Shown: positions 7,748 through 16,781 of the stretch, piece after piece
Numbering within the stretch: position 1 is the first letter of the stretch
Layout: every line of letters begins with the position of its first letter
Sequence record: MT446401.1
Source: Escherichia virus TH27
Direction: 5' to 3' (one strand)
Length of the DNA: 52,344 bases
Notes under the pieces: model-generated
What the model saw: only the letters and a program-made list of their open reading frames with translations
What the model was told of the DNA's origin: nothing
Database searches by the model: none
Made by a program: the position numbers and the translations under genes

Positions 7748-7787
7748 CACTTTTTGTTAAAACTCAGAATCGGGGTGGCTGTATAGT
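7745..7787 (+). promoter_or_regulatory. Palindromic box plus TATAGT in hairpin, followed by CATCGAAACGAA leader
   Basis: Box 7745..7761; hexamer 7782..7787 in ggggt/acccc; leader motif 7793..7804. Confidence 0.5.
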
Positions 7788-7817
7788 TACCCCATCGAAA
7801 CGAACGAGGAAGCAGAA

Positions 7818-8030
7818 ATGAAAATTGAAATTATCGACGTTAACTATGTGACAGATGACGATGCCCTTACTCTGGAAGATTGCGGATTTAAAGTCGGCGA
7901 CGTAATCGAAGTGTCAGGTAAATACAAGGACGGCGACCTTTCAATCCAAGCTATCCGTGAAACAGAGTTCGTGCATGTTGGCAACGAAATCAGCATTAGC
8001 GAACATGAATATAAGGTGATCGAAGAATGA
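7818..8030 (+). CDS. Small acidic protein (70 aa)
   Basis: RBS GAGGAAG upstream. Confidence 0.65.
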   Translation: MKIEIIDVNYVTDDDALTLEDCGFKVGDVIEVSGKYKDGDLSIQAIRETEFVHVGNEISISEHEYKVIEE

Positions 8031-8221
8031 GCAAGGTTAAGATTAAGAGCGATGGAGCGGATCTTTATCTGCTAACCTCTCGGGCAAAGTATTACGGCGT
8101 AAAGGATGGTGACGAGCTTGATGTAATCACCGGATCTGTTGGCGGCACTATCACTGTTAGCAAAAAAGGTGGCTATCAATTCATCTTATTAGCTGGCGAA
8201 TACGAGGAAGTTAAGCAATGA
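8027..8221 (+). CDS. Hypothetical protein (64 aa)
   Basis: ATGA coupling. Confidence 0.6.
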   Translation: MSKVKIKSDGADLYLLTSRAKYYGVKDGDELDVITGSVGGTITVSKKGGYQFILLAGEYEEVKQ

Positions 8222-8544
8222 TTTACATTCACACATACGGAGTCGGCAAGTTCGGTAAAGAGATTCACCGGACCGTTCACGAAACGAAGGAATCAGCCGA
8301 AGCTGCGCAAAAAGTTCTCGGCGGTGGGTTTAAGGCTTACCGCGACGCAGATGACTCGGTTGATTGCTGGCGCGTAGAGCACATGCGCAATGTGCTGGAA
8401 AGCGAAGTGTCAGAGCTTATCGACAATATGACGTGTCACGGCCCTGGTGGCCCATGGGAAGAGCCAGGCTCACCGGAATGGGATTGTGCCAAGGTTGACA
8501 CGATGAACAAGATCAGCGAAATCATTGATGAGGTTTACGAATAA
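8218..8544 (+). CDS. Hypothetical acidic protein (108 aa)
   Basis: ATGA coupling. Confidence 0.7.
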   Translation: MIYIHTYGVGKFGKEIHRTVHETKESAEAAQKVLGGGFKAYRDADDSVDCWRVEHMRNVLESEVSELIDNMTCHGPGGPWEEPGSPEWDCAKVDTMNKISEIIDEVYE

Positions 8545-8783
8545 TGTTTGGATTAACCGATCCGCAGATGAACGCAGTAAAGGCCAAGGCCAAGCAATTA
8601 AATGCAGCGTACGCCGATCTGAGCAAGAAAGAGCGCAAAGATGACAAGCTGGTTGCCTCAATTATTACCAAGCACCATGAGGCAGTAGCGACAATCATAT
8701 CTCGCGACAAATTTGTGTGGATTGCTGGTTATCTTAAGGGGCTGGTTGGCAAACGGGAAAATGGGGAAAGTATCTATGAGTAA
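8544..8783 (+). CDS. Hypothetical protein (79 aa)
   Basis: ORF with start adjacent to upstream stop. Confidence 0.6.
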   Translation: MFGLTDPQMNAVKAKAKQLNAAYADLSKKERKDDKLVASIITKHHEAVATIISRDKFVWIAGYLKGLVGKRENGESIYE

Positions 8784-8970
8784 GATCAAGAAGGGTGATG
8801 TGATCAAGTGTATCGGCGCGAGCGGTTATGAGTTCTTTACTGGCTGTGAATACACAGTAGAAAAGGTTGATTCCCAGGGATACGTTTACACCTACAACGA
8901 CGAGGGGAATCTCGCTGCGATCGACTACCCTGTTTGCCCGACGTATGGAACTTTTAAAAAAGTTGATTGA
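8776..8970 (+). CDS. Hypothetical protein (64 aa)
   Basis: Internal ATG of track ORF 8713..8970 with RBS GGGAAAG; alternative start at 8761. Confidence 0.5.
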   Translation: MSKIKKGDVIKCIGASGYEFFTGCEYTVEKVDSQGYVYTYNDEGNLAAIDYPVCPTYGTFKKVD

Positions 8971-9155
8971 CAGCCATCTCACTGACTGGTATCTTTAATC
9001 TCGTAAACAGACGAGGCCACCAAGTGGCAACGAGCGGTTCGTAAGCCGCAAATTGAAATAGCGCATCGCCAAAAGCAAAGTGTAAGTCGCAATAAAATCG
9101 AGGCATTGTGAAAGCCTGCCGGACTCCGTAACCGGACCTAACAATGAGGTTTGAT

Positions 9156-9341
9156 ATGTTTGAGGTCAAGCTAACTATTTTGCTAATGGGGCGCACATGC
9201 GCATCGTGTAAGCAAAACTTTGAAGCAAAGGTTGAGGCCATTAGTGCCGAAGAAGCCGTTTCAAAGGTGAAGCAAATGAGCGGAGTCGATACAACGACTC
9301 ATAAATTTTTAGTTAATTATGTAAGGGGTATTCAATGCTGA
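9156..9341 (+). CDS. Small Cys-containing protein (61 aa)
   Basis: ATG with GAGG 7 nt upstream; alternative start 9144. Confidence 0.5.
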   Translation: MFEVKLTILLMGRTCASCKQNFEAKVEAISAEEAVSKVKQMSGVDTTTHKFLVNYVRGIQC

Positions 9342-9556
9342 CGTTTATTTATGGTTTTCTGTTCGCTTCCGTCCTGTTCATTTCGTTATCTTGCGCCTGG
9401 GTAGCTAAGCTAATCAAGCGCGGACAATTCGCACAAGCGCGATACGATGAGAAGAAAAAGCAGTGGCGAGTATCCGGTAAGTTCATCTCAGTGTTTAACG
9501 AGATTAACGATATTCGAGCTGGGCGGAAGCCTGGGGCCATCAAATACGTTGACTGA
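9335..9556 (+). CDS. Small membrane protein (73 aa)
   Basis: N-terminal hydrophobic segment LTFIYGFLFASVLFISLSCAWVA; followed by terminator. Confidence 0.6.
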   Translation: MLTFIYGFLFASVLFISLSCAWVAKLIKRGQFAQARYDEKKKQWRVSGKFISVFNEINDIRAGRKPGAIKYVD

Positions 9557-9564
9557 TTCATTTA

Positions 9565-9589
9565 AGCATCCTTCGGGGTGCTTTTTTTA
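9565..9589 (+). terminator. Rho-independent terminator ending the early block
   Basis: Hairpin agcatcc-ttcg-gggtgct followed by T7 tract. Confidence 0.7.
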
Positions 9590-9600
9590 TGCATGCAATC

Positions 9601-9609
9601 TGGTATAAT
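9601..9609 (+). promoter_or_regulatory. Extended -10 (TGGTATAAT) for the morphogenesis operon
   Basis: TGnTATAAT about 30 nt upstream of 9639; no palindromic box. Confidence 0.5.
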
Positions 9610-9638
9610 TCATTCCTATTCAACAAGGGGAAACAACT

Positions 9639-10175
9639 ATGAAAGATGAAAACTTCACCAGTAACGCGAACGAGAAGGTTCGAATCGGTAACTTCAAGGA
9701 GCTATACAATAAAAAGTATGGCGACATTGCCAACCTGAACCATCGTCATCCAATGACGCCTGAGACTGTATTCAACCTGGCGGTTAAGTATTTCTCATGG
9801 GCCGAGGACCAGGCAATCAAGGCCATCGAAACGGCAAGTTTCCAGGGTGTTGTCACCGAGAACTTAGTGCATAAGCCTAGAGTGTTCACGCTTAACGGAT
9901 TCCAGCTTTATTGCGGCGTTACCTCCGGTGCGATCCAAAGCTGGCGCGCGTCGCCTGGGTTCTCTGAGGTAATGGAGTTCATCGACTCGGTAATCATTGA
10001 ACAGAAATACCAGCTTGCCGCGTCCAACCTTATCAACGCCGGATTCGTAGGCAAAGACATTGGTATCGAAAAGGCGGCAGAAGTCAACGTGCAAAACAAC
10101 GTATCGGCTAGCGCGGTGTCAGTGACTACGGATGAATTTAAAGAAGCCGTTAAGGATATTTTGGGGGAATTATGA
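9639..10175 (+). CDS. Terminase small subunit (178 aa)
   Basis: Position immediately upstream of and overlapping large terminase; size typical. Confidence 0.65.
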   Translation: MKDENFTSNANEKVRIGNFKELYNKKYGDIANLNHRHPMTPETVFNLAVKYFSWAEDQAIKAIETASFQGVVTENLVHKPRVFTLNGFQLYCGVTSGAIQSWRASPGFSEVMEFIDSVIIEQKYQLAASNLINAGFVGKDIGIEKAAEVNVQNNVSASAVSVTTDEFKEAVKDILGEL

Positions 10176-11758
10176 TCCAGTGGGAAGATCTCGACCTTGC
10201 AAGAAAGCAGGCAATAAAGGCGCTCTCTGAGCAGTCATTCGAAAAGATGTTGAGAATCTGGTTCCAGATCGGGCAGGCTCAGAAGTTCCAAAGCAACTGG
10301 CACTTCACCTACCTTTGCTGGAAGGTTGAACAGATCATCAAAGGCGAGGCGCAGAACGTGATATTCAACATCACGCCAGGCTCCGGCAAGACTGAGATCT
10401 TCTCAATCCACATGCCAGTATACGGGATGTTAAAGAGTCCGAAGGTTCGAAATCTGAACCTTTCGTTCTCTGATAGTCTGGTAAAGGATAACGGGATCAG
10501 GACGCGTGAGATTATCGGTTGCGATGAGTTCCAGGAGCTATGGCCTACCAAGCTGGCTAAGGCGTCCGGTGGCGATATTACCGCGCTGAATGATAACGAT
10601 AAGGCGTGGCTGACATTAACATCACGCGCGATCGGCGGCCAGGTAACTGGTAAACGTGGCGGATACATGGAAGATCCCAATAAGCCATGGAGCTTTACCG
10701 GAATGCTGACGCTTGATGACCCTGACAAGCCGAAAGATATGTACTCATCCGTCAAGCGCAAGGCGGCGCATACCCTGCTAAAAAACACCGTGCGATCACG
10801 TCGCATGACAGACAGGACACCGTGCGTTGTTGTGCAGCAGCGGCTACACGTTAATGACTCGACGTGGTTCCTGATGAATGGCGGCATGGGTGGCATGAAG
10901 TTTGAGCAGGTAATCATTCCTGCGCTGGTAACTGAGGAATACAGAGATACGATTCCTGACTGGTTGAAAGAGGAATTTGACAGAGACGTGCTATCCTCCC
11001 CATCGGTAATGATTGACGGCGTTGAACACTTCTCTTTCTGGCCCGCGAAGGAGAGCGCAGAGAGCCTACTGGCGTTGCGCGAAGCTGACCTTTACACGTT
11101 TGAATCGCAGTATCAGCAGAAGCCCATCGCGCTTGGCGGTAACGCGTTTAAGTCGGACTGGTTCCAGTATTACGGAGACGGCGAAAAAGCCAATATGCCA
11201 AAACCGGATCGCTTCGAATACCTTTTTACCACTGCGGATACCGCGCAGAAAGTAGAGGAAATACACGACTACAGCGTATTTGTTTTGTGGGGCAAGTATA
11301 AGGATCGCATATATTTCATAGACGGCATTCGAGGTAAGTGGGAAGCGCCGGACCTTGAAACGATGGCTCTTAACTTTTATGGCAACTGCTTTAAGTGGGC
11401 GAAGGAGAACAAGACGTCACTCCGCAAGGTTTACATTGAAGATAAGGCGAGCGGTACGGGCCTGATCCAGTCAATCAACAAGAAACTTCCGATTGACATC
11501 ACGCCAGTGCAGCGAGATACCGACAAGGTTACGCGTGCAATGGATGCAGCACCAATCATGAAAGCAGGGCGAATCGTGTTTCCTGAATCACACCCAATGC
11601 TTACTGAGATGGAGGCGGAACTGGTCGGATTTACCTTTGACGATAGCCATCCTCACGATGACATCGTGGATAACGTGGTTGATGCTGGCAACTTCGAAAT
11701 GAACTTACTTGATGATCCGGTAGCACGAATGAAACGATTAGCGGGAATGCGCAAATAA
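10172..11758 (+). CDS. Terminase large subunit (528 aa)
   Basis: Walker A-like PGSGKT near N-terminus, acidic C-terminal nuclease-like region; precedes portal. Confidence 0.85.
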   Translation: MIQWEDLDLARKQAIKALSEQSFEKMLRIWFQIGQAQKFQSNWHFTYLCWKVEQIIKGEAQNVIFNITPGSGKTEIFSIHMPVYGMLKSPKVRNLNLSFSDSLVKDNGIRTREIIGCDEFQELWPTKLAKASGGDITALNDNDKAWLTLTSRAIGGQVTGKRGGYMEDPNKPWSFTGMLTLDDPDKPKDMYSSVKRKAAHTLLKNTVRSRRMTDRTPCVVVQQRLHVNDSTWFLMNGGMGGMKFEQVIIPALVTEEYRDTIPDWLKEEFDRDVLSSPSVMIDGVEHFSFWPAKESAESLLALREADLYTFESQYQQKPIALGGNAFKSDWFQYYGDGEKANMPKPDRFEYLFTTADTAQKVEEIHDYSVFVLWGKYKDRIYFIDGIRGKWEAPDLETMALNFYGNCFKWAKENKTSLRKVYIEDKASGTGLIQSINKKLPIDITPVQRDTDKVTRAMDAAPIMKAGRIVFPESHPMLTEMEAELVGFTFDDSHPHDDIVDNVVDAGNFEMNLLDDPVARMKRLAGMRK

Positions 11759-11809
11759 TGTATAATGGCTAGGCTAACAACCTAGCCATTTTTATTTGGA
11801 GAAAAGCAG

Positions 11810-13069
11810 ATGAGTAAAAAAAGCGTAAAGACCGACTCTTACAACAAGACGTTTAAGGGTGAAGGTACGGCAGGCGGCGCGCTTGCATCGCTATACGATC
11901 AGATGTATGTGACGCAGTTTTACATTGATGATCCTATGGCTAAGAAAATTGTCGATGTTATTCCAGAGGAAATGGTTTTCCCTGGATTCGGCCTGGACGG
12001 GGTGAAGGATGAGAAGGCGTTCAAATCTTTGTGGGATGGCATGAAGCTGAACAAGCAGATTGTCGAGGCGTTCTCATGGGAGCGGCTTTATGGTGGTTCC
12101 GCCATCGTCGCCGTCGTCCGTGACAACCGACTCCTGACATCACCAATCAAGGAAGGTGCGCAGCTTGAATCAATCCGCGTATACGAGAAAGAGCAGATCC
12201 GCATCAAGGACCGAGAGAAGAACGCGCGTAATCCTCGCTATGGTATGCCGAAGATTTACACCATTAACCCTGGCGGCAGCGTACCGGAATACGACGTCCA
12301 CTACACGCGAATCTATGTTAACGGAGGCGAGCGTGTCCCTGGCTCACTTCGCGCGCAGAATAACGATTGGGGCGCATCTGTACTGAGTAAGGGCTTGATT
12401 GATGCCATTCTGGACTACAACTACTGCGAGGAACTGGCGACTCAGCTATTGCGCCGTAAGCAGCAAGGTGTATGGAAAGCTAAAGGTCTGGCTGATTTGT
12501 GCGACGATGACGAAGGTCGTTATGCTGCGCGACTTCGATTAGCTCAGGTTGATGACAATAGCGGTGTGGGCCGGACGATCGGCATTGATGCCACCGACGA
12601 AGAATACGACGTTCTTAACTCTGACATTGGCGGCGTCGATACATTCCTGGATAAGAAGATGGACCGCATTGTGAACTACTCGCAGATTCATGAGATTATC
12701 CTCAAGAATAAGAACGTAGGCGGCGTTTCAGCGAGCCAGAATACAGCGCTTGAGACTTTCTACAAGATGATTGACCGCAAGCGTAATGAGTATTACAGGC
12801 CGCTTCTGGAATGGCTAGTTCCTATGATTATTCAGGAAGATGAATGGTCAATCCGATTTGAGCCTTTATCAATGCCAAGCGAGAAAGAGCAATCCGAGAC
12901 TTTGAAGAATAACGTTGAGTCGCTTTCAAAGCTGTTGGTTGAGCAGGTCATTGACCGCGACGAGGCACGTGATACACTTGAGGCAATCGCGGACTTTATC
13001 AAGATCCAAGGCCCAGCGCCTGAGCTTGAAGTCGAACCAACTGACACGCAGGTGAACAACGAGGAATAA
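11810..13069 (+). CDS. Portal protein (419 aa)
   Basis: Position between terminase and head-morphogenesis gene; acidic C-terminus. Confidence 0.8.
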   Translation: MSKKSVKTDSYNKTFKGEGTAGGALASLYDQMYVTQFYIDDPMAKKIVDVIPEEMVFPGFGLDGVKDEKAFKSLWDGMKLNKQIVEAFSWERLYGGSAIVAVVRDNRLLTSPIKEGAQLESIRVYEKEQIRIKDREKNARNPRYGMPKIYTINPGGSVPEYDVHYTRIYVNGGERVPGSLRAQNNDWGASVLSKGLIDAILDYNYCEELATQLLRRKQQGVWKAKGLADLCDDDEGRYAARLRLAQVDDNSGVGRTIGIDATDEEYDVLNSDIGGVDTFLDKKMDRIVNYSQIHEIILKNKNVGGVSASQNTALETFYKMIDRKRNEYYRPLLEWLVPMIIQEDEWSIRFEPLSMPSEKEQSETLKNNVESLSKLLVEQVIDRDEARDTLEAIADFIKIQGPAPELEVEPTDTQVNNEE

Positions 13070-13071
13070 TC

Positions 13072-13851
13072 ATGAAGGTTAACGGCATTGTAAACCAATG
13101 GAGTTACCCCGAAGCAAGTGAGCGGCAGCTTAGCCGCTCATTGTCAACATTCGCTGGCGAGATGGCAAAGAAAGCCAGATCGCTTACTGGTGGGATGAGA
13201 TTCGACGCTTCGGACGAAGAAATCAATGATGCAGAGGATGAGCTTGCGGAATATGCTGCCGGACTTATCGCGGCGATTGTCGCCACACTTCCGGCGCTGG
13301 CTCTGACTATCTACAAGTTTAACTCAAGGCAATTCCTCAACGTGGCGAAAAAGGCTGGTGGCGGAAAGAATCAATCTGTGATATTGCTTGGTGCGCTTGG
13401 GGCGAATGCCAATGAGTCATGGTATCGCGAGAAGTCATCGCAATGGCGCGGTTCGGCTGAGGCGAGTATTCTAAAGCTATCGAACGACATCATCTCTGAC
13501 TGGTCGCAAAACCTACGCGTCGAAAACGTGCGCAATAAAACCAGTCAGCAGATTGATGAAGTTTTAAAGCAGCGCTACAAGGTGTATACTGGCTGGACCG
13601 TGAATCGCTCCCGTGGAATTGTGTCCACCTGGAACAGCGTACTGATGCGCCAGCGCCTGGACGATGCTGGAGTAACTCACTATTTCTGGCATGGTAAACT
13701 GGACGAGCGCGAGCGATTGCAGCACGTAAAATGGGAAGGTAAACGTATTGAGATCTCAAGTGATCACCCTTTCCCTGGGGAACCTTACGGATGCCGTTGT
13801 TGGGCCGCGCCTGATTTCTCAACCAGTAAACAATCACAATTAATCACATAA
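13072..13851 (+). CDS. Head morphogenesis / minor capsid protein (259 aa)
   Basis: Position after portal; conserved C-terminal region (HYFWHGKLDERER...PGEPYGCRCW) typical of Mu F / SPP1 gp7-like proteins. Confidence 0.7.
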   Translation: MKVNGIVNQWSYPEASERQLSRSLSTFAGEMAKKARSLTGGMRFDASDEEINDAEDELAEYAAGLIAAIVATLPALALTIYKFNSRQFLNVAKKAGGGKNQSVILLGALGANANESWYREKSSQWRGSAEASILKLSNDIISDWSQNLRVENVRNKTSQQIDEVLKQRYKVYTGWTVNRSRGIVSTWNSVLMRQRLDDAGVTHYFWHGKLDERERLQHVKWEGKRIEISSDHPFPGEPYGCRCWAAPDFSTSKQSQLIT

Positions 13852-13860
13852 GGGTAATAT

Positions 13861-14991
13861 ATGACCACTAAGCAACGATACGATAGCGTGCAACTGAAAG
13901 CACGCTTTGACTCTAACGGATTCATGCATGATGAGCCAATCATTGCACGAATCGGCATTCAGGAATATATGCGTGCCGATGGAACAATGCAGCGTGAGTT
14001 CCGACCAGCAAACGAAGTGTTCAAGGCCGAGGCGATGGAACTGTTTCGCGGTATGCCGATCGTAGAGGGCCACCAGGAAGTAAGCACAGACAACGCGCGA
14101 AAGATTGTTGTCGGATCACTATCCGGTGCTGGTCGTCGTGATGGGATCGGCTTGAAGTGTCCGATCGTAATCCACGACAAGGAATCCATTGAATCCGCCA
14201 AGCGTGGCGACGCCGCAGAATTGTCTGTTGGTTACAAGACCAATGACATCCATCGTGAAGGGTGGGGAAACGTCAATACTGGTGAGTATGTTTTCAAGGA
14301 TGACGCTGAGGGAATGGAGGCGCAATTCCCTAACGGAACTGTCATGACTGATGAATGGGAAGAGTTCGACGTACTGCAAACGAACATCATCCCAAACCAC
14401 GTTGCCAAGGTAAAGCACGGGCGTGCAGGTATTGCCAGATTAAACCTTGACGGCTCAGAAGAAATTAAATATGATGAGCATGTTCAATTAACCAATGAGG
14501 AAAGTAACATGACCGTAAAAATCAAAATTGATTCCGCAGAAGTGGAAGTGTCCAAAGACGTAGCTGACCACATCGGCAAACTGCAAACCGCAGCAGAGCA
14601 AGCTGGTGCTAAAGTCGATGGCCTGCAAGCTGAGCGTGATGCGCTGAAAGCAAAGGTTGACGGCATTCCGGCTCAGATCGAAGCGGCCCTGGCAGAAGCA
14701 AAAGAAAAAGCTGACGCGCTGGGCGCTGTTATCGCATTAGCTTCCGGCATGGGTATCAAGTGCGACGGCCTGGACGAGAAAGCTATCAAGCTGGCAGTCA
14801 TTGACGAAGTTCTCGGCATTGACGCGAAAGAAAAATCCGACGCATACATCAATCAGTCTTATGAAATCGCACGCGATTCTGATAAGATGGCTGCTCAACG
14901 CATTAAAGTGCACGGCGACAAAGCTGATGGCGCTCAAGGCGGCAAAGATGATGACGCGATTCCTGATCCACAGGCGCGCTTCCGTAAGTAA
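13861..14991 (+). CDS. Capsid scaffolding protein, possibly protease-scaffold fusion (376 aa)
   Basis: Ala/Lys/Glu-rich coiled-coil C-terminal half; position before capsid genes. Confidence 0.55.
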   Translation: MTTKQRYDSVQLKARFDSNGFMHDEPIIARIGIQEYMRADGTMQREFRPANEVFKAEAMELFRGMPIVEGHQEVSTDNARKIVVGSLSGAGRRDGIGLKCPIVIHDKESIESAKRGDAAELSVGYKTNDIHREGWGNVNTGEYVFKDDAEGMEAQFPNGTVMTDEWEEFDVLQTNIIPNHVAKVKHGRAGIARLNLDGSEEIKYDEHVQLTNEESNMTVKIKIDSAEVEVSKDVADHIGKLQTAAEQAGAKVDGLQAERDALKAKVDGIPAQIEAALAEAKEKADALGAVIALASGMGIKCDGLDEKAIKLAVIDEVLGIDAKEKSDAYINQSYEIARDSDKMAAQRIKVHGDKADGAQGGKDDDAIPDPQARFRK

Positions 14992-15044
14992 TAAAATGGC
15001 GGTCGAAAGGCCGCTTAATCTCTAAGTGAAAAAGGAAAAATATC

Positions 15045-15557
15045 ATGGCACTAATCAAAGCTTCTTACACCGTACATCGCGCTAAAGCGTATGCTGGTCA
15101 AATCGCAGACACCTCCCTTTACAATGTTGACGGGGCTTGCGCGGCTGCTAAAGAAATTAAGGTTGGCGTGGTAGTCGCCCTCGACCCTACTGGAAAGGTT
15201 GTTGATGGTCACAAAGTCGTAACTGACACCATCTCGGCAGAAACTCCGAACCTGGTGGGCGTAGCAATCATGTCTCACGCATACTCTCCGGTGGGTGTTT
15301 ATGAAGAATGTTCCGCAATCAACGTACTGACCAACGGTCGCGCATGGGTACTGTGTGCTAAAGACCTGCCTGAAGTGAACAAAGAGTTCAATAAGCAGGT
15401 ATTCTTGACCGCTTCGGGTACTGTGGCGGCAACTGGCATTGGCACTGTTTACACCACCACCGGCGAGTGGCTAAAGACTGATGATGAGAACTTCGACATT
15501 ATCAAAATCCAGGTCACTCAAGCTCAATTCCAGCTTCCGGCAAGTCCGGCAGCTTAA
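15045..15557 (+). CDS. Putative head structural / decoration protein (170 aa)
   Basis: RBS AAAGGAAA; followed by strong terminator; position in head module. Confidence 0.55.
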   Translation: MALIKASYTVHRAKAYAGQIADTSLYNVDGACAAAKEIKVGVVVALDPTGKVVDGHKVVTDTISAETPNLVGVAIMSHAYSPVGVYEECSAINVLTNGRAWVLCAKDLPEVNKEFNKQVFLTASGTVAATGIGTVYTTTGEWLKTDDENFDIIKIQVTQAQFQLPASPAA

Positions 15558-15573
15558 TAGCTGAACCATAATA

Positions 15574-15597
15574 GGGAGCCGAAAGGCTCCTTTTTTA
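15574..15597 (+). terminator. Rho-independent terminator
   Basis: gggagcc-gaaa-ggctcc plus T6. Confidence 0.8.
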
Positions 15598-15644
15598 TTT
15601 CCAGAGAACGACATAAGCGCTTAACATAAAAAGCTGTTGCACGC

Positions 15645-15664
15645 TTAACAAAAAGTGCTATTAT
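15645..15664. promoter_or_regulatory. Palindromic box in inverted orientation overlapping TG-c-TATTAT, upstream of major capsid gene
   Basis: ttaacaaaaagtgcta then tgctattat; followed by hairpin gccgtga/tcacggc. Confidence 0.4.
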
Positions 15665-15714
15665 AGAGCCGTGAACTTAATCACGGCTTTCTAACAAACA
15701 AAGGAAAACAAATT

Positions 15715-16668
15715 ATGACTATGAAACTCGACGCTTTCGAACAGAACATGATTACTAACGGTATGCGCCAGCTTGGCGTAAGTGGCAACAAAGCTGATCA
15801 GCTTGGCATCTGGACTGTCAAACAGATGACTCAGTTACTTAAGCGCCAGTATGAAGCGGCTTACCCTGAAACATCCGCGCTGGCTCTGTTCCCTGTCACT
15901 ACTGAGATTAGCCCGACCGCTAACCTGTTCGAATATCTCAAGTTTGACGGCGTGACCATGGCGAAGATTATCGCTGACTACACCGACGACCTGCCGACTG
16001 TTGACGCTACTCACAGCCTGGAATCTGGTCGAGTTCACCGCCTCGGTAACGCGTGGCTGATCTCTATCGACGAGATCAAAACTGGTGCAGCGCTTGGTTC
16101 AAGCCTGTCGGATCGTAAAGCTACTCTGGCGCGCGAAGGTCACGAAACTCTGGTTAACCAGTTGGTTTTCAAAGGCTCCAAGCCTCACAAAATCATCTCT
16201 GTTTTCGACCATCCGAACATCACCCGCGTAACCTCCGCTACTGGCGCATGGGCTGACGCAGAGAAAGCAAGCGAAGAACTGACCGACCTGATCGAGAAGA
16301 TGGAAACCCTGACCAATGGTCAGCACAAGATCACCGACATCGTCATCCCGCCGTCCCAGCGTAAATTGCTCGCTAAGCGTATGCCGGAAACCACGATGAG
16401 CTATCTGGACTGGTTCAAGTCTCAGAACGGTGGCATCACCATCTCTTCCATCTCCGAACTGGAAGGCATCGACGGCGCAGGCACGAAAGCTGTACTGGCG
16501 TATGAGAAAAACCCGATGAACATGAGCATCGAGATCCCTGAGTCTTTCAATATGCTGCCGATGCAGGCGAAGGATTTGCACTTTAAAGTCCCGTGCACTT
16601 CCAAGACCACTGGTCTGATCGTATATCGTCCACTGACGATTATCATGCTTGTTGGCGTAGGTAAGTAA
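15715..16668 (+). CDS. Major capsid protein (317 aa)
   Basis: Size and position; own promoter region and strong downstream terminator; RBS AAAGGAAA. Confidence 0.75.
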   Translation: MTMKLDAFEQNMITNGMRQLGVSGNKADQLGIWTVKQMTQLLKRQYEAAYPETSALALFPVTTEISPTANLFEYLKFDGVTMAKIIADYTDDLPTVDATHSLESGRVHRLGNAWLISIDEIKTGAALGSSLSDRKATLAREGHETLVNQLVFKGSKPHKIISVFDHPNITRVTSATGAWADAEKASEELTDLIEKMETLTNGQHKITDIVIPPSQRKLLAKRMPETTMSYLDWFKSQNGGITISSISELEGIDGAGTKAVLAYEKNPMNMSIEIPESFNMLPMQAKDLHFKVPCTSKTTGLIVYRPLTIIMLVGVGK

Positions 16669-16674
16669 GACAAA

Positions 16675-16703
16675 GCTCCTGATTAACGTCAGGGGCTTTT
16701 TTT
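16675..16703 (+). terminator. Rho-independent terminator
   Basis: cctga-ttaacg-tcagg stem plus T8. Confidence 0.75.
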
Positions 16704-16704
16704 A

Positions 16705-16733
16705 TTGACATGCAACATCAAAACAATTACATT
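16705..16733 (+). promoter_or_regulatory. Near-consensus sigma70 promoter (TTGACA-17-TACATT)
   Basis: TTGACA 16705..16710, 17-nt spacer, TACATT 16728..16733. Confidence 0.6.
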
Positions 16734-16781
16734 GAACACCTAAGCAATGCAATCGTTAAATTAATCAAAAGGTAAATAAAC

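Noticed and set aside
9001-9060. tRNA gene suggested by a GGTTCGTAAGCC T-loop-like string
   Set aside because: No acceptor stem, D-arm or anticodon arm could be drawn; only isolated short hairpins.
8954-9241. 95-aa - strand ORF spanning the 8971..9155 gap
   Set aside because: Opposite to the operon direction, no promoter or RBS, and overlaps the RBS-supported + strand gene at 9156.
10309-10917. 202-aa - strand ORF
   Set aside because: Antisense inside the large terminase gene.
16099-16581. 160-aa - strand ORF
   Set aside because: Antisense inside the major capsid gene.
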